NCBI GenBank assembly: GCA_947073285.1
Contig: CAMTJT010000005.1
Coordinates: 12,351-76,350 of the forward strand
Direction: 5' to 3'
Source: an uncultured Clostridium sp.
Lineage (GTDB): Bacteria; Bacillota; Clostridia; TANB77; CAG-508
Length of the DNA: 64,000 bases
The notes under the pieces are model-generated. The model saw only the letters and a program-made list of their open reading frames with translations, made no database searches and had not been told where the DNA came from. The position numbers and the translations under genes were made by a program. Of the stretch, positions 1-9,689 are shown one piece after another. The stretch's first letter is position 1. Each line of letters opens with the position of its first letter.

Positions 1-1130
1 TCTACCATTTTTTTGATATACCCTTGTACTTCTTCATCTTTAAATCCCTTTGCAATTCCATTTAAGTTTTTTGAAATTACTTTTGCAACTGCTGTTGATA
101 ATACTCTTGCATCTGTTCTAGGGTAAGTTACTAGCTTTTTTTCATATAAATTTTGTACAATTTCTAAGGTTTCATCTGGTTTTATTTTAAATCTTTTCGT
201 TGCCTCATTTTGAAGTTCTGCTAAGTTAAAAAGTAGTGGTGCATTTTCTTTTGTTTTAGATTTTTTTACTTCTGTAATTATTGCTTTTTTATCTTTTAAA
301 GAACTAATAAATTGTTTTGCCACTTCTTCTTTTCGAAAACCTGATTCATTGTATAATTTAGGAGATTCCCACATACTAGAATCTTGTGTTACTTTCCATT
401 CTGCTTTAAAAGAACTTTTTTCATCTCCAAATTCTCCTATGATTTTATAATATGGTGTTTTTACAAAGTTTTTAATTTCTCTTTCTCTTTGTACTACCAT
501 CCCTAACACACATGTCATAACTCGACCAACTGAAATAGACATTTTTTCTTCTCCTATTTCTTTGGCAGTTCTTCTTCCATAAATGATAGAAAGTAGTCTT
601 GAAAAATTAATTCCAATTAAGTAGTCTTCTTTTGCTCGCAAATAAGCAGAACTACAAAGACTATCATAACTACTTAAATCTTTTGCTTCTTCAATTCCTC
701 TTTTAATTTCTTCTTCTGTTTGAGAATCTATCCATACTCTTTTTCTTTGTTTCTCTTGAATTCCTACTTGATTTTCTACTAAACGATAAATATATTCCCC
801 TTCACGCCCAGAGTCAGTTGCAACATAAATACAGCCTACATCTTCTCTGGTAAGTAGACCTTTTACTACGTTATATTGTCTTTCTACACTTGGAATTACT
901 TCGTATTTATACTCTTTTGGCATAAAAGGCAGGGTATCTAGTCTCCAAAATTTTAAGTTTTCATCATATTTTTCTGGATAGCTCATAGTTACTAAATGCC
1001 CTACACACCATGTTATAATCCAAGTTTCTGATTCGATATAACCATCTTTTCTGTTTCCACCACATTTTAGTACTTTGGCAAATTCCATAGCAACTGATGG
1101 TTTTTCTGTAATTAGTAAGTTTTTTGCCAT
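1..1130 (-). CDS. topB: DNA topoisomerase III, N-terminal ~376 aa; the gene continues beyond the window start
   Basis: Reverse-strand translation from ATG at 1128-1130 reads MAKNLLITEKPSVAMEFAKVL...ETWIITWCVGHLV...ATDSGREGEYIYRLV, which carries Toprim and topoisomerase IA motifs. The ORF is open to position 1. It is absent from the ORF track because there is no stop inside the window. Confidence 0.8.
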   Translation of the reverse strand, partial: MAKNLLITEKPSVAMEFAKVLKCGGNRKDGYIESETWIITWCVGHLVTMSYPEKYDENLKFWRLDTLPFMPKEYKYEVIPSVERQYNVVKGLLTREDVGCIYVATDSGREGEYIYRLVENQVGIQEKQRKRVWIDSQTEEEIKRGIEEAKDLSSYDSLCSSAYLRAKEDYLIGINFSRLLSIIYGRRTAKEIGEEKMSISVGRVMTCVLGMVVQREREIKNFVKTPYYKIIGEFGDEKSSFKAEWKVTQDSSMWESPKLYNESGFRKEEVAKQFISSLKDKKAIITEVKKSKTKENAPLLFNLAELQNEATKRFKIKPDETLEIVQNLYEKKLVTYPRTDARVLSTAVAKVISKNLNGIAKGFKDEEVQGYIKKMV

Positions 1131-1219
1131 GATTGTTTCTTCCTTTTTTCATGGGTTTATAATAGTATTTTGTTTATTTGTTTATTTTTATAACTCTTAT
1201 TAACTAATTTTATTTGCTT

Positions 1220-2060
1220 TTACTCATATAAAACAATATCCATTTCTGAGGTAAAATTATTGTTTCCATAAGCAAAAATAATATATAGCTCTCCTTCTGC
1301 TCCTAAAAAATAGGTTGTAATATTGGCTAATTGATACATTTTGTTATTTAAATCTCTATTATACACTGTATAGCCAGATTGTACTAGAGTTTGAGCATCT
1401 TCTTTTGCCTTTTGTATGGTACTATTTATTTTTTTACTTGCTTCACTTTGTATAATATTTCTTTTTGCAAGTAAGTCTACTAGTTTTACTTCTTCACCTG
1501 TTGCCATATCATAGTTATAGGTTTGCACAATTACTCTTTGAGGATTGTTTCCTTCTTTTAAAGTAGATTGTATTACTAATGATAAGATATCTCCATTGAT
1601 AAATCCTGCATAACTCACACTATATATTACTTTATTGGTAGTATTTTGGCTATTTAAAATTTCTGCTGCTTTATTAACAAATATAGTTTGTGTCATGTTA
1701 TTAAATTTTGTTGGAATTGTTGCATTTATATTAATGACTGGTATATCTATTTTTACTTCATAATTTTCTTTTTGTTCTTCTATATGAAATGCTGTATAGA
1801 TAAGCTGTTTACTTGTATCTAGTTTTTGAATATTGTGGCTAGTTTCTAGTGGCTCATTTGTAAATAAGCTTGCAAAACCGCATTTTGATTTCTTCTTGTG
1901 ATTTTGGAGTAACTGTATTTTCGTCCCCTTGATTTAAAGGTGGCATAATGATATTGTCTTTATCTTCATCACTTACAAAAAATTGTGCATATATTCCAGA
2001 GCCAATTGCTACTACACAAAAAATGCTAATTAAAATATATAGTATTTTAGGATTTTTCAT
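1220..2060 (-). CDS. Membrane-anchored DUF4163/DUF3298 (RsiV-like) protein, split into two frames by an apparent +1 frameshift at CGG (1878-1880)
   Basis: N-terminal frame: MKNPKILYILISIFCVVAIGSGIYAQFF (signal/TM) ...KSQEEIKM-R(CGG)-FCKLIYK*. The +1 frame continues GFASLFTNEPLET...ENYEVKIDIPVININ...MTQTIF... (DUF4163/DUF3298-like) with no start codon of its own. An RBS (AGGAGAG) lies upstream of ATG at 2060. Confidence 0.55.
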
Positions 2061-2408
2061 TTTACTTAATACTCTCCTTTTTTTCTTCTTCTTGTATTTT
2101 ATCGTATTTGTTTTAAAAAAGCTAGTAGTTATGAAAAGTTTTTGTGCCAAGAAATAGTATTGAAAACATGAAAAGAATAAAAATATATATTAATAATTAA
2201 TTTAGTGTCTATTAAGAAAGTTTCTAAAGGCGGAACAGGTAGCCCCATTGCTAGGAAATGTAGGAATATCACCCTACCTAAGCTTTCGCAAAAAAAGATG
2301 TCCTAGATAGGGCACCTTCTTTTTAGTTATAAATTTCTCTTAACTATTTTATTTCTCTATTTCTAAAAATACTTTCTTTTGTCTATTTTTCCCATATATT
2401 TATATGTA

Positions 2409-3125
2409 TTAGATTATCTTATTTAAAACAGTGGAAATTACTAGCTTAGGTGTAAGTTTTATATCTAATTGAAAATATGTTTTTATTATTTCTGGATTTT
2501 GATACAAATAAATATAATTAGTTGCTTTTATTATATTGGTCTTTATATTGTTTATACTCTTATTATGTTTATATGCTATATATTTGTAAACATTTTTTTC
2601 TAAATTATCTAACAAGTCTAAATTATTATTACTAATTATATCAATTATTGCCTCTAATATATATTGAGTACCTTTGTATTTAGAGTCATACCCTATAAAC
2701 TTTAACTCATTTGTAATTTGTTGTTTTATATTTTCTGCATGATTCAAATAATTTAGTTCATTAATTATTCTTTTAATTTCATTATAAATAAATTCACTAG
2801 TTGATAATTTATTTATTACATTTAAATCATTATAAGTCCTTTTTACTATATTGCTTAATTCTACATTCCCTGAAATTATTACAATATTTGGTTTTTTTAT
2901 ATTTGTTATAGCATTTATCTTTTCAATTATTTTTATTCCTGTATCGTCTGGAAGTTTTAAATCTAAAAAGATTAAATCTATGTGGTTGTTTGTTATAATC
3001 CTCAATCCTTCTTTAACAGTTGTAACTATATGAGTTACACGAAAATTATTAAATCTATTTATAACGGTATTTAATATATTCTTTGCATAATGCAAATTAT
3101 TTTCTATAATTACTACATTAATCAT
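2409..3125 (-). CDS. Response regulator with an N-terminal receiver domain and a Spo0A_C-like DNA-binding domain
   Basis: Receiver motif LIFLDLKLPDDTG. The C-terminus (KGTQYILEAI...NVYKYIAYKHNKSINNIKTNIIKATNYIY) aligns with the Spo0A effector domain (KGYLYLREAI...[24 protein letters not shown]). Confidence 0.6.
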   Translation of the reverse strand: MINVVIIENNLHYAKNILNTVINRFNNFRVTHIVTTVKEGLRIITNNHIDLIFLDLKLPDDTGIKIIEKINAITNIKKPNIVIISGNVELSNIVKRTYNDLNVINKLSTSEFIYNEIKRIINELNYLNHAENIKQQITNELKFIGYDSKYKGTQYILEAIIDIISNNNLDLLDNLEKNVYKYIAYKHNKSINNIKTNIIKATNYIYLYQNPEIIKTYFQLDIKLTPKLVISTVLNKII

Positions 3126-3146
3126 TTTGTAAACTTACTTTCTCCT

Positions 3147-4130
3147 TTATTTGTTAAATAAATTCCAATTTTCTATAAATTCTTTATCTTCTATATTGTT
3201 AATATTTTCTATTGTATAACCTTCTCTTTCTGGAACTTGTACATCTTCATCTGTTACAGTATTTTCATAAAATGAATAATACGTTTCACTATATTGTACT
3301 CCATATATATCATCTATTTCTTTAATTGGTATTTGTCTTTCTTTTTCTATCCATACTTCATGATAACTTGTTTTATATTCGTTTCTTAACACGTAGCATT
3401 CTTTACCATTTAATCTATCTGTTCTTACTTTAAAGCTACTTCTTAATATAAAATTCATGATAAATCCTAAATCAGTATGATAAATGTTTAAATAGGTATA
3501 CATTCTACTAAATATTTGCCCTTTTGAAACCAAATTATAATTTGCAACAATATTTGCTATTGTCTTATTTTCATCTGAAATTTGAATTTGCTTATTAGAG
3601 TTAATTTCTCCAAAGTATAAATGCTCATTATTTAATAACTTGGTATGTATAGCCTCTCCATTAGTTACTTCTTTGTATTTTCCATCTTTATAATAGTATT
3701 TTTGAGTAGAAAAGTACTCTTGTTTTGTATCATAGTTAATACTATGTTCTTTTATATTCAAGTTATAATTATTTAGTTCGATTAACTGTTGTTTCTTTTG
3801 AAATAAAGTATGAATAATAGAATTAGCATAACTGTAATTTATTATTTTTCCTCCACCTAATATGATTATTGCTGACATAAAAATTAATAAAATTATTTTT
3901 AAAAGTAGTTTTTTTCTTTTGTATTTTTTTAAATAACTTACTTCTTCTGTTTCCATTTTATCGAAGTTTTTTTCCTCTTCCATTTTCTCTGTTTTTATTT
4001 CTTCCAAAATTTTCCTACAGTTTTGACAGTCTTTCATATGAGTTTCTATAAATTCTTTAGAATCATTGTTCAATAATTCTTCAATATAATTTGGTAATAA
4101 ATCTCTTACAATATTACATTCTTTTTTCAT
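3147..4130 (-). CDS. Anti-sigma factor with an N-terminal zf-HC2 zinc finger, one TM segment and an extracytoplasmic domain
   Basis: HxxxCxxC motif (ETHMKDCQNC), then TM segment LLLKIILLIFMSAIIILGGG. The gene overlaps the 3' end of the upstream ECF sigma gene by 17 nt. Confidence 0.6.
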   Translation of the reverse strand: MKKECNIVRDLLPNYIEELLNNDSKEFIETHMKDCQNCRKILEEIKTEKMEEEKNFDKMETEEVSYLKKYKRKKLLLKIILLIFMSAIIILGGGKIINYSYANSIIHTLFQKKQQLIELNNYNLNIKEHSINYDTKQEYFSTQKYYYKDGKYKEVTNGEAIHTKLLNNEHLYFGEINSNKQIQISDENKTIANIVANYNLVSKGQIFSRMYTYLNIYHTDLGFIMNFILRSSFKVRTDRLNGKECYVLRNEYKTSYHEVWIEKERQIPIKEIDDIYGVQYSETYYSFYENTVTDEDVQVPEREGYTIENINNIEDKEFIENWNLFNK

Positions 4131-4626
4131 TGCTTAATAATTCCTCCTTTATTTTAATTTTTCCTCTATAAAAAGTTACTCTAGCCCATTCTTCTGTTTT
4201 GCCTATTATTTCTCCAATTTCTTTAAAGGATAGTTCTCCTTTTATTCTTAAATAGAATACTTCTCTTGTTTCTTCATCTAAATGATGTATTTCTTTATAT
4301 AATTGTATTTTTTCATTTTGTTCATCTATTGAATTGGAAATGTTATCTTCTATTAGTATCTTTTCTATATTTTCATCAAAAGCTACTGTATTAATTTGAC
4401 TTTTTTCTATTAGATAATTCTTCCATTTATTTTTTGCTATTTGACATAGCCATACTGTAATTTTACTCTCACCTTTAAAGTTATTGATGCTTTTTAATGC
4501 ACCACAAAAGGTTTCTTGCATTAATTCTTCTGATAACTCTTTGTTTTTCGTAAGACTATACAAATAACGGTAAACAAGCTTAGAGTACTTTTTATACAAT
4601 TCCTCCATTAGATATTCCTCCTTCAA
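4114..4626 (-). CDS. ECF-family RNA polymerase sigma factor (sigma-70 regions 2 and 4)
   Basis: YRYLYSLTKNKELSEELMQETF (region 2) and ELSFKEIGEIIGKTEEWARVTFYRGKIKIK (region 4 HTH). Translationally coupled to the downstream anti-sigma gene. Confidence 0.7.
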   Translation of the reverse strand: MKEEYLMEELYKKYSKLVYRYLYSLTKNKELSEELMQETFCGALKSINNFKGESKITVWLCQIAKNKWKNYLIEKSQINTVAFDENIEKILIEDNISNSIDEQNEKIQLYKEIHHLDEETREVFYLRIKGELSFKEIGEIIGKTEEWARVTFYRGKIKIKEELLSNEKRM

Positions 4627-4856
4627 TATATTAAGTCTTAAAGATAAAGAATTCGTTACAATTTTTCTATATATTTTTAAATACTTCGTTAAAAAAATTT
4701 ACTTTTTTGTTATCTTTTGTTATCTTTTCTATACTGAATACTAAATTTATGCTATATTTCTAGCATAGAATTTTAACTATAGTTTTGAAGGTTAAGGCAA
4801 TAGCCTTTTCCAAAAAGATAGGATTAGGTGTACAACAAATTGGAGGTAATTTAACT

Positions 4857-5324
4857 ATGAAAAAAACTAATCGGATTTTCTCTTTGATATTGGCACTGGT
4901 TATGTGCCTTTCCATGTCCATCCCTGCATTTGCAACAGAAGTTCCCACTGAAGATAATATTCTCGTTTCGCAGTCTAATGAAGGCATCACGCCAATGTCT
5001 AATATTAGCGGATATGGAAGTGCCACTATCAAACCTGGCAAAAGCGATTTTGTTGTTGTTTATTGCCAAGGCAGTGGTATTGGTGGTATGGGAATCACTG
5101 TCAAAACTACATGCTCTGCTGGGACTGTGAACAACGTTACGTTTGCTGGCAAAGCTACAAGTAGTGTTCTTGGAGGAGCAGAGATTGATGGTACTATGAG
5201 TACTAATGCAAGCATGAGTTATCATAATCTTTACAATGGAGGAGTTTCTGTGTACTCAGTCTTAGTTCAAATACCAGCAAATGCACCAGGAAATGTTTTT
5301 GTGGAAGTCTGGGTTTATGGCTAA
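4857..5324 (+). CDS. Small secreted Gly/Ser/Thr-rich protein (signal peptide), GC-rich relative to the surrounding genome
   Basis: GGAGG RBS 8 nt upstream of ATG at 4857. Signal peptide MKKTNRIFSLILALVMCLSMSIPAFA. Local GC is about 42% versus about 28% in the flanks. The gene uses an in-frame CGG Arg codon. Confidence 0.55.
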   Translation: MKKTNRIFSLILALVMCLSMSIPAFATEVPTEDNILVSQSNEGITPMSNISGYGSATIKPGKSDFVVVYCQGSGIGGMGITVKTTCSAGTVNNVTFAGKATSSVLGGAEIDGTMSTNASMSYHNLYNGGVSVYSVLVQIPANAPGNVFVEVWVYG

Positions 5325-5418
5325 TCCATAGTTCCATGCATCAAATTTTGTTGCATAACTAACTAGCAAACCTTAACATCTAATCCTATCTAAAAATCAT
5401 TCCAGCATTTGGATGATT

Positions 5419-5453
5419 CCCACTAGCTCTCATAAGCTGGTGGTTTTTATTTT
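5419..5453 (+). terminator. Rho-independent terminator downstream of the secreted-protein gene
   Basis: Hairpin cccactagctc-tcat-aagctggtgg followed by a TTTTTATTTT run. Confidence 0.55.
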
Positions 5454-5623
5454 AATTTAATTGTAACATATTTACTACTTTTTCCACTATCCTATTTCTA
5501 AAAATATCTTTCTTAAATTTCCCTTAAACTAACGAATTCCATTGACTAATCTACTAATTTGCTGTATCATATAGTATGAAATGATAATGATAAAAATTGT
5601 TAAGAATGGAGTTTTAAAAATTT

Positions 5624-7981
5624 ATGTTATGTTCAATCTGTAATAAAAACACCGCTGTTATTTTTATAAATAAAGCTGATGAAAATGGGAAACAAAAATT
5701 AGAAGGTTATTGTACCAAATGTGCTAAAGAACAAGGTATTAACCCTATGGAAGCACTTATGAAACAAGCGAATTTATCTGAACAAGATTTAAATGATATG
5801 ACAAAGCAAATTGAAAATATGGTAAGTAATATGGCTGAAAACATGGATATGGATCATTTATCTGAGCAAATGTCTGAACAAATGAATGATATGGATTCAG
5901 AAGAGTTAGAAAATATGCAAGGTATGCCAATTGGTTTTGGAGCTATTCCTTTAGGTTCTATCTTTTCTAATATGTTTAATCCAAATGGTGAAGAGGCTGA
6001 ACCGACTGCTACTCCTAATTCATCAAGTGAAAAGAAAAAGGTAAAAGTAGATAAAGAAAAGAAAAAGGATAAACGTAAAAAAGCTTTAGAAACTTATGGT
6101 ACTAATTTAACACAAAAAGCAAGAAATAATTTATTAGATATGGTAATTGGTAGAGATAAAGAAATTCAAAGAATGATACAAATTTTAAATCGTCGTTCTA
6201 AAAATAATCCATGTTTAATTGGAGAACCTGGTGTTGGTAAAACTGCTATTGCACAAGGTCTAGCTATTAAAATTGCTAACGGAAAAGTTCCTGCAAAACT
6301 TTTAAATAAAGAAGTATATTTATTAGATATGACTGCTGTTGTAGCAGGTACTCAATTTAGAGGTCAGTTTGAAGCTCGTATGAAATCTATTATTGATGAA
6401 TGCAAGTCTTTAGGAAATATTATTTTAGTAATTGATGAAATTCACAATATTATTGGTGCAGGTGATGCAGAACATTCTATGAATGCTGCTAATATTTTAA
6501 AACCTTCGCTTTCTAATGGTGAAGTACAATTAATTGGAACTACCACTTTAAAGGAATATCGTAAATATATTGAAAAAGATACTGCTTTAGAAAGAAGATT
6601 TCAACCTGTTATTGTAGAAGAACCTTCTGTTACAGATTCTATTGATATTTTAGCAGGTGTAAAAAAGTATTATGAAGAATATCATAAAGTAAAAATTTCT
6701 ACTGATGTAATTAAACAAGCGGTTATTATGTCTGAAAAATATATTCATGACAGATTTTTACCAGATAAAGCTATTGATATTTTAGATGAGGCTTGTTCTC
6801 GTATAAATTTAAACAACCAAGAGCTATATCAATTAGAAGTATTAAAAAATCAATTAAAAGCAGTACAAGAAGAAAAAGAAGAGGCAGCCTTAGCAGATTC
6901 TACTGAAGATTACAAAAAAGCTGCTGAACTAAAATCTAAAGAATGCAATTTAATGGAACAAATAGATGCTTTGACTGAAAAAATGCAACTTAAAAGTTTA
7001 ACTGTTCAAGATATTGCAGAAGTAATTGAAAGTTGGACCAAAATACCTGTGAAAAAAATTACAGAGGCAGAAACACAAAAACTTTTAAATTTAGAAACTA
7101 ATCTTCATAAAAGAGTTGTTGGACAAGAAAATGCAGTTGATGCAGTTTCAAGAGCTATTCGTCGTAATCGTGCAGGTTTAAAAAGTACCAAAAGACCACC
7201 TTCATTTATTTTTGTAGGTCCTACTGGTGTTGGTAAAACAGAACTTGCTAAAGCTCTTAGCTATGAAATGTTTGGTAATGAAAATTCTATTATTCGTATT
7301 GATATGAGTGAATATATGGAAGGACATTCTACTTCTAAGTTAATTGGCTCTCCTCCTGGCTATGTAGGCTATGATGATGCTGGTCAATTAACAGAAAAGG
7401 TAAAACGTAATCCTTACTCTATTGTATTATTAGATGAAATTGAAAAAGCACATCCTGATGTATTTAATATTTTATTACAAGTTTTAGATGATGGGCGTTT
7501 AACAGATAGTCAAGGAAATACCGTTAATTTTGAAAATACCATTATTATTATGACTTCTAATGCAGGTTCTAATCAAAATACCAATTCTATTGGCTTTGGT
7601 GGCTCTCGCATGGATGAAAGCAAAGTAATGAATAGTTTAAAAGAAACTTTCCGCCCTGAATTTTTAAATAGGGTAGATGAAATTGTTACTTTTGAGCAAT
7701 TAAATACAGAGCAATTGCTAAATATTGTTGATTTAATGTTAGAAGATACTAAAAAAGCATTAGCTGATAAAGATATTACTATTGGCTTATCTGAAGAAGC
7801 TAAGAAATTTTTATTACAAAAGGGAACTGATATTAAATATGGTGCAAGACCTTTAAGAAGGGCAATTCAAAGATATTTAGAAGATGAACTTTCTGATATG
7901 ATTTTAAGAGGAGAACTTTTAAATGGACAAACTGTTACTGTATCTGAAAATGGTATTAGCTTAACTTTTAAAATAAACTAA
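5624..7981 (+). CDS. clpE: ATP-dependent Clp protease ATP-binding subunit, ClpE-type (N-terminal C4 zinc finger plus two AAA+ modules)
   Basis: CSIC...CTKC zinc ribbon. Walker A motifs GEPGVGKT and GPTGVGKT. IGF loop (NSIGFGG). Length 785 aa. Confidence 0.85.
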   Translation: MLCSICNKNTAVIFINKADENGKQKLEGYCTKCAKEQGINPMEALMKQANLSEQDLNDMTKQIENMVSNMAENMDMDHLSEQMSEQMNDMDSEELENMQGMPIGFGAIPLGSIFSNMFNPNGEEAEPTATPNSSSEKKKVKVDKEKKKDKRKKALETYGTNLTQKARNNLLDMVIGRDKEIQRMIQILNRRSKNNPCLIGEPGVGKTAIAQGLAIKIANGKVPAKLLNKEVYLLDMTAVVAGTQFRGQFEARMKSIIDECKSLGNIILVIDEIHNIIGAGDAEHSMNAANILKPSLSNGEVQLIGTTTLKEYRKYIEKDTALERRFQPVIVEEPSVTDSIDILAGVKKYYEEYHKVKISTDVIKQAVIMSEKYIHDRFLPDKAIDILDEACSRINLNNQELYQLEVLKNQLKAVQEEKEEAALADSTEDYKKAAELKSKECNLMEQIDALTEKMQLKSLTVQDIAEVIESWTKIPVKKITEAETQKLLNLETNLHKRVVGQENAVDAVSRAIRRNRAGLKSTKRPPSFIFVGPTGVGKTELAKALSYEMFGNENSIIRIDMSEYMEGHSTSKLIGSPPGYVGYDDAGQLTEKVKRNPYSIVLLDEIEKAHPDVFNILLQVLDDGRLTDSQGNTVNFENTIIIMTSNAGSNQNTNSIGFGGSRMDESKVMNSLKETFRPEFLNRVDEIVTFEQLNTEQLLNIVDLMLEDTKKALADKDITIGLSEEAKKFLLQKGTDIKYGARPLRRAIQRYLEDELSDMILRGELLNGQTVTVSENGISLTFKIN

Positions 7982-8101
7982 TTTTAAGTAAATTAATTTA
8001 GAGTATATTTATTTGAACTTAAAATGCAACCTACTTTCATACATCATTTTTATATGATATATGAAACATACAATAAATCTATTAGACTAAGGAGATTTTT
8101 T

Positions 8102-8710
8102 ATGGCAAAACATATACCAAATATCTTAACTGTTGCAAGATTTTTCTTGATTCCTTTTATTATCTATTTTATTATCGTAGATAAATATCCATTTGCTCTT
8201 GTATTTTTAGTTCTTTCTGGACTAACTGATGTTTTAGATGGATGGATTGCAAGGAAATTTAACTTTATCACAAACTTTGGAAAATTAATTGATCCATTAG
8301 CAGATAAAGCTACTCAAATTGCAGTACTACTTACACTTGCTTTTAAAAGTATTATTCCTTTTTGGATTATTATTGTAGTAGCAATTAAAGAAGCTACTAT
8401 GATAGCAGGTGCCTCTTTTCTTTATGGAAAAGAACTAGTTGTTTCTAGCAGATGGTTTGGCAAGCTTTCAACTGTGTTATTCTATGTAGCAATTGCTTGC
8501 TCATTTGGTATTAGATATTGGAATAATATTGCTATTACTCCTGAAAATTCTGTGGCTCCTTTACCACAATTTGATTTATGGATTTATTACTTAGCTTTAG
8601 CTACTACTGTTTTTTCTTTAGTGGCTTACTATATTACTTTTTATAAACAAGGCTATTTAAAAAAAGAAAATTTGAAAATTGAAGACATAACTAAAAATAC
8701 TCATTCATAA
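8102..8710 (+). CDS. pgsA: CDP-diacylglycerol--glycerol-3-phosphate 3-phosphatidyltransferase (CDP-alcohol phosphatidyltransferase family)
   Basis: RBS AAGGAGAT before ATG at 8102. Motif DVLDGWIARKFN...GKLIDPLADK (D-x2-DG-x2-AR...G-x3-D-x3-D). Confidence 0.75.
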   Translation: MAKHIPNILTVARFFLIPFIIYFIIVDKYPFALVFLVLSGLTDVLDGWIARKFNFITNFGKLIDPLADKATQIAVLLTLAFKSIIPFWIIIVVAIKEATMIAGASFLYGKELVVSSRWFGKLSTVLFYVAIACSFGIRYWNNIAITPENSVAPLPQFDLWIYYLALATTVFSLVAYYITFYKQGYLKKENLKIEDITKNTHS

Positions 8711-8805
8711 TTTAAAGTATTCGTTTTCACAATTTTTAAATTAAAATTTGAAAAATATGATAAATAAAATCACTGGTTAATACTGTTGTTCCAGTGATTT
8801 TTATT

Positions 8806-9399
8806 TTATTCATAATCTTCTAAGGTAGAATAAAGGTTGGCATCTCCTATTACCTCTATTCCCTTTCTTATTTTTTCTAAGTCTTCTTCTGGTAAATACA
8901 TGGTTTGAATTTCGGTATCTTGTTTTAAAGTTTCTTTTCCAGTTTCATCTACACTATAAATTCCAATTACATTTCCATGTTCTTTTATTTTATAATGCTG
9001 ACCACAAAAGCCTTCTTTTTCTTGTGATATTACAATTTGCGCATTTGCAAACTCTTCTATTTTCCAATGTTTTGTATATGCCTTTTCAAATTCACTTTTG
9101 GTTTTATTAATATCTTGCTCTGGCATTTCTTCTGCCTCTCTAATTAAATGATCACATTGTTTATAATATATTTTTTTAATTAATATACATTGTGGTGAAA
9201 TTTTTTCTTCTGTTGCTATGGTTGACACAATATTTTCTTGTTGCACATTATTTATGTATTCCTCTTGCCATGCAAGTTCATTGTTTCCAAAATTACTACC
9301 ATCATTTGATATTTCTTTTTGTTTATATACATATATTCCTGCTATAATACTCACAATTAATAGCAAAAATAGTACTATTCCTATTATCCAACCTTTTTT
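8806..9399 (-). CDS. Hypothetical membrane-anchored protein
   Basis: The likely start is MKKGWIIGIVLFLLLIVSIIAGIYVY (TM segment) with GAGGAATGAGG upstream. No recognisable family. Confidence 0.4.
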   Translation of the reverse strand, partial: KKGWIIGIVLFLLLIVSIIAGIYVYKQKEISNDGSNFGNNELAWQEEYINNVQQENIVSTIATEEKISPQCILIKKIYYKQCDHLIREAEEMPEQDINKTKSEFEKAYTKHWKIEEFANAQIVISQEKEGFCGQHYKIKEHGNVIGIYSVDETGKETLKQDTEIQTMYLPEEDLEKIRKGIEVIGDANLYSTLEDYE

Positions 9400-9596
9400 C
9401 ATACTTAACCTCATTCCTCTCATTTGCCTTGCTAACACATATTTTATTTATGAAATGTGTATTCTTTTACAGTTAGTATGAGGTTTTTTGGCAAATTTAT
9501 TCATTTTTTTAGAAATTTTCTATTTTGCTTACAATTCTTTCTTATTTTACTCAAAATTTATGCCACTCTCTACAATTCATAGCAAAATTTAATAGC

Positions 9597-9648
9597 CAAA
9601 AAGAACATCTGACTTGCTTTAATTAAAGCAAGCCAGATGTTCTTTTGC
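9597..9648 (-). terminator. Rho-independent terminator for the 9690-10529 gene
   Basis: Near-perfect 18-bp inverted repeat gaacatctgacttgcttt/aaagcaagccagatgttc, flanked by A/T runs on both sides. Confidence 0.6.
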
Positions 9649-9689
9649 CTAGATTTACAAATCTCCTTCCTATTTGTTGTTATGTTTGA

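Noticed and set aside
964-1152. 62-aa ORF from the six-frame track
   Set aside because: Out-of-frame overlap with the clearly coding topB reading frame, which runs off the window edge and is therefore missing from the track. Spurious.
5450-5623. CtsR operator upstream of clpE
   Set aside because: A TGATAATGATAAA direct repeat is present but does not match the GGTCAAA-NAN-GGTCAAA heptad consensus. Not called.
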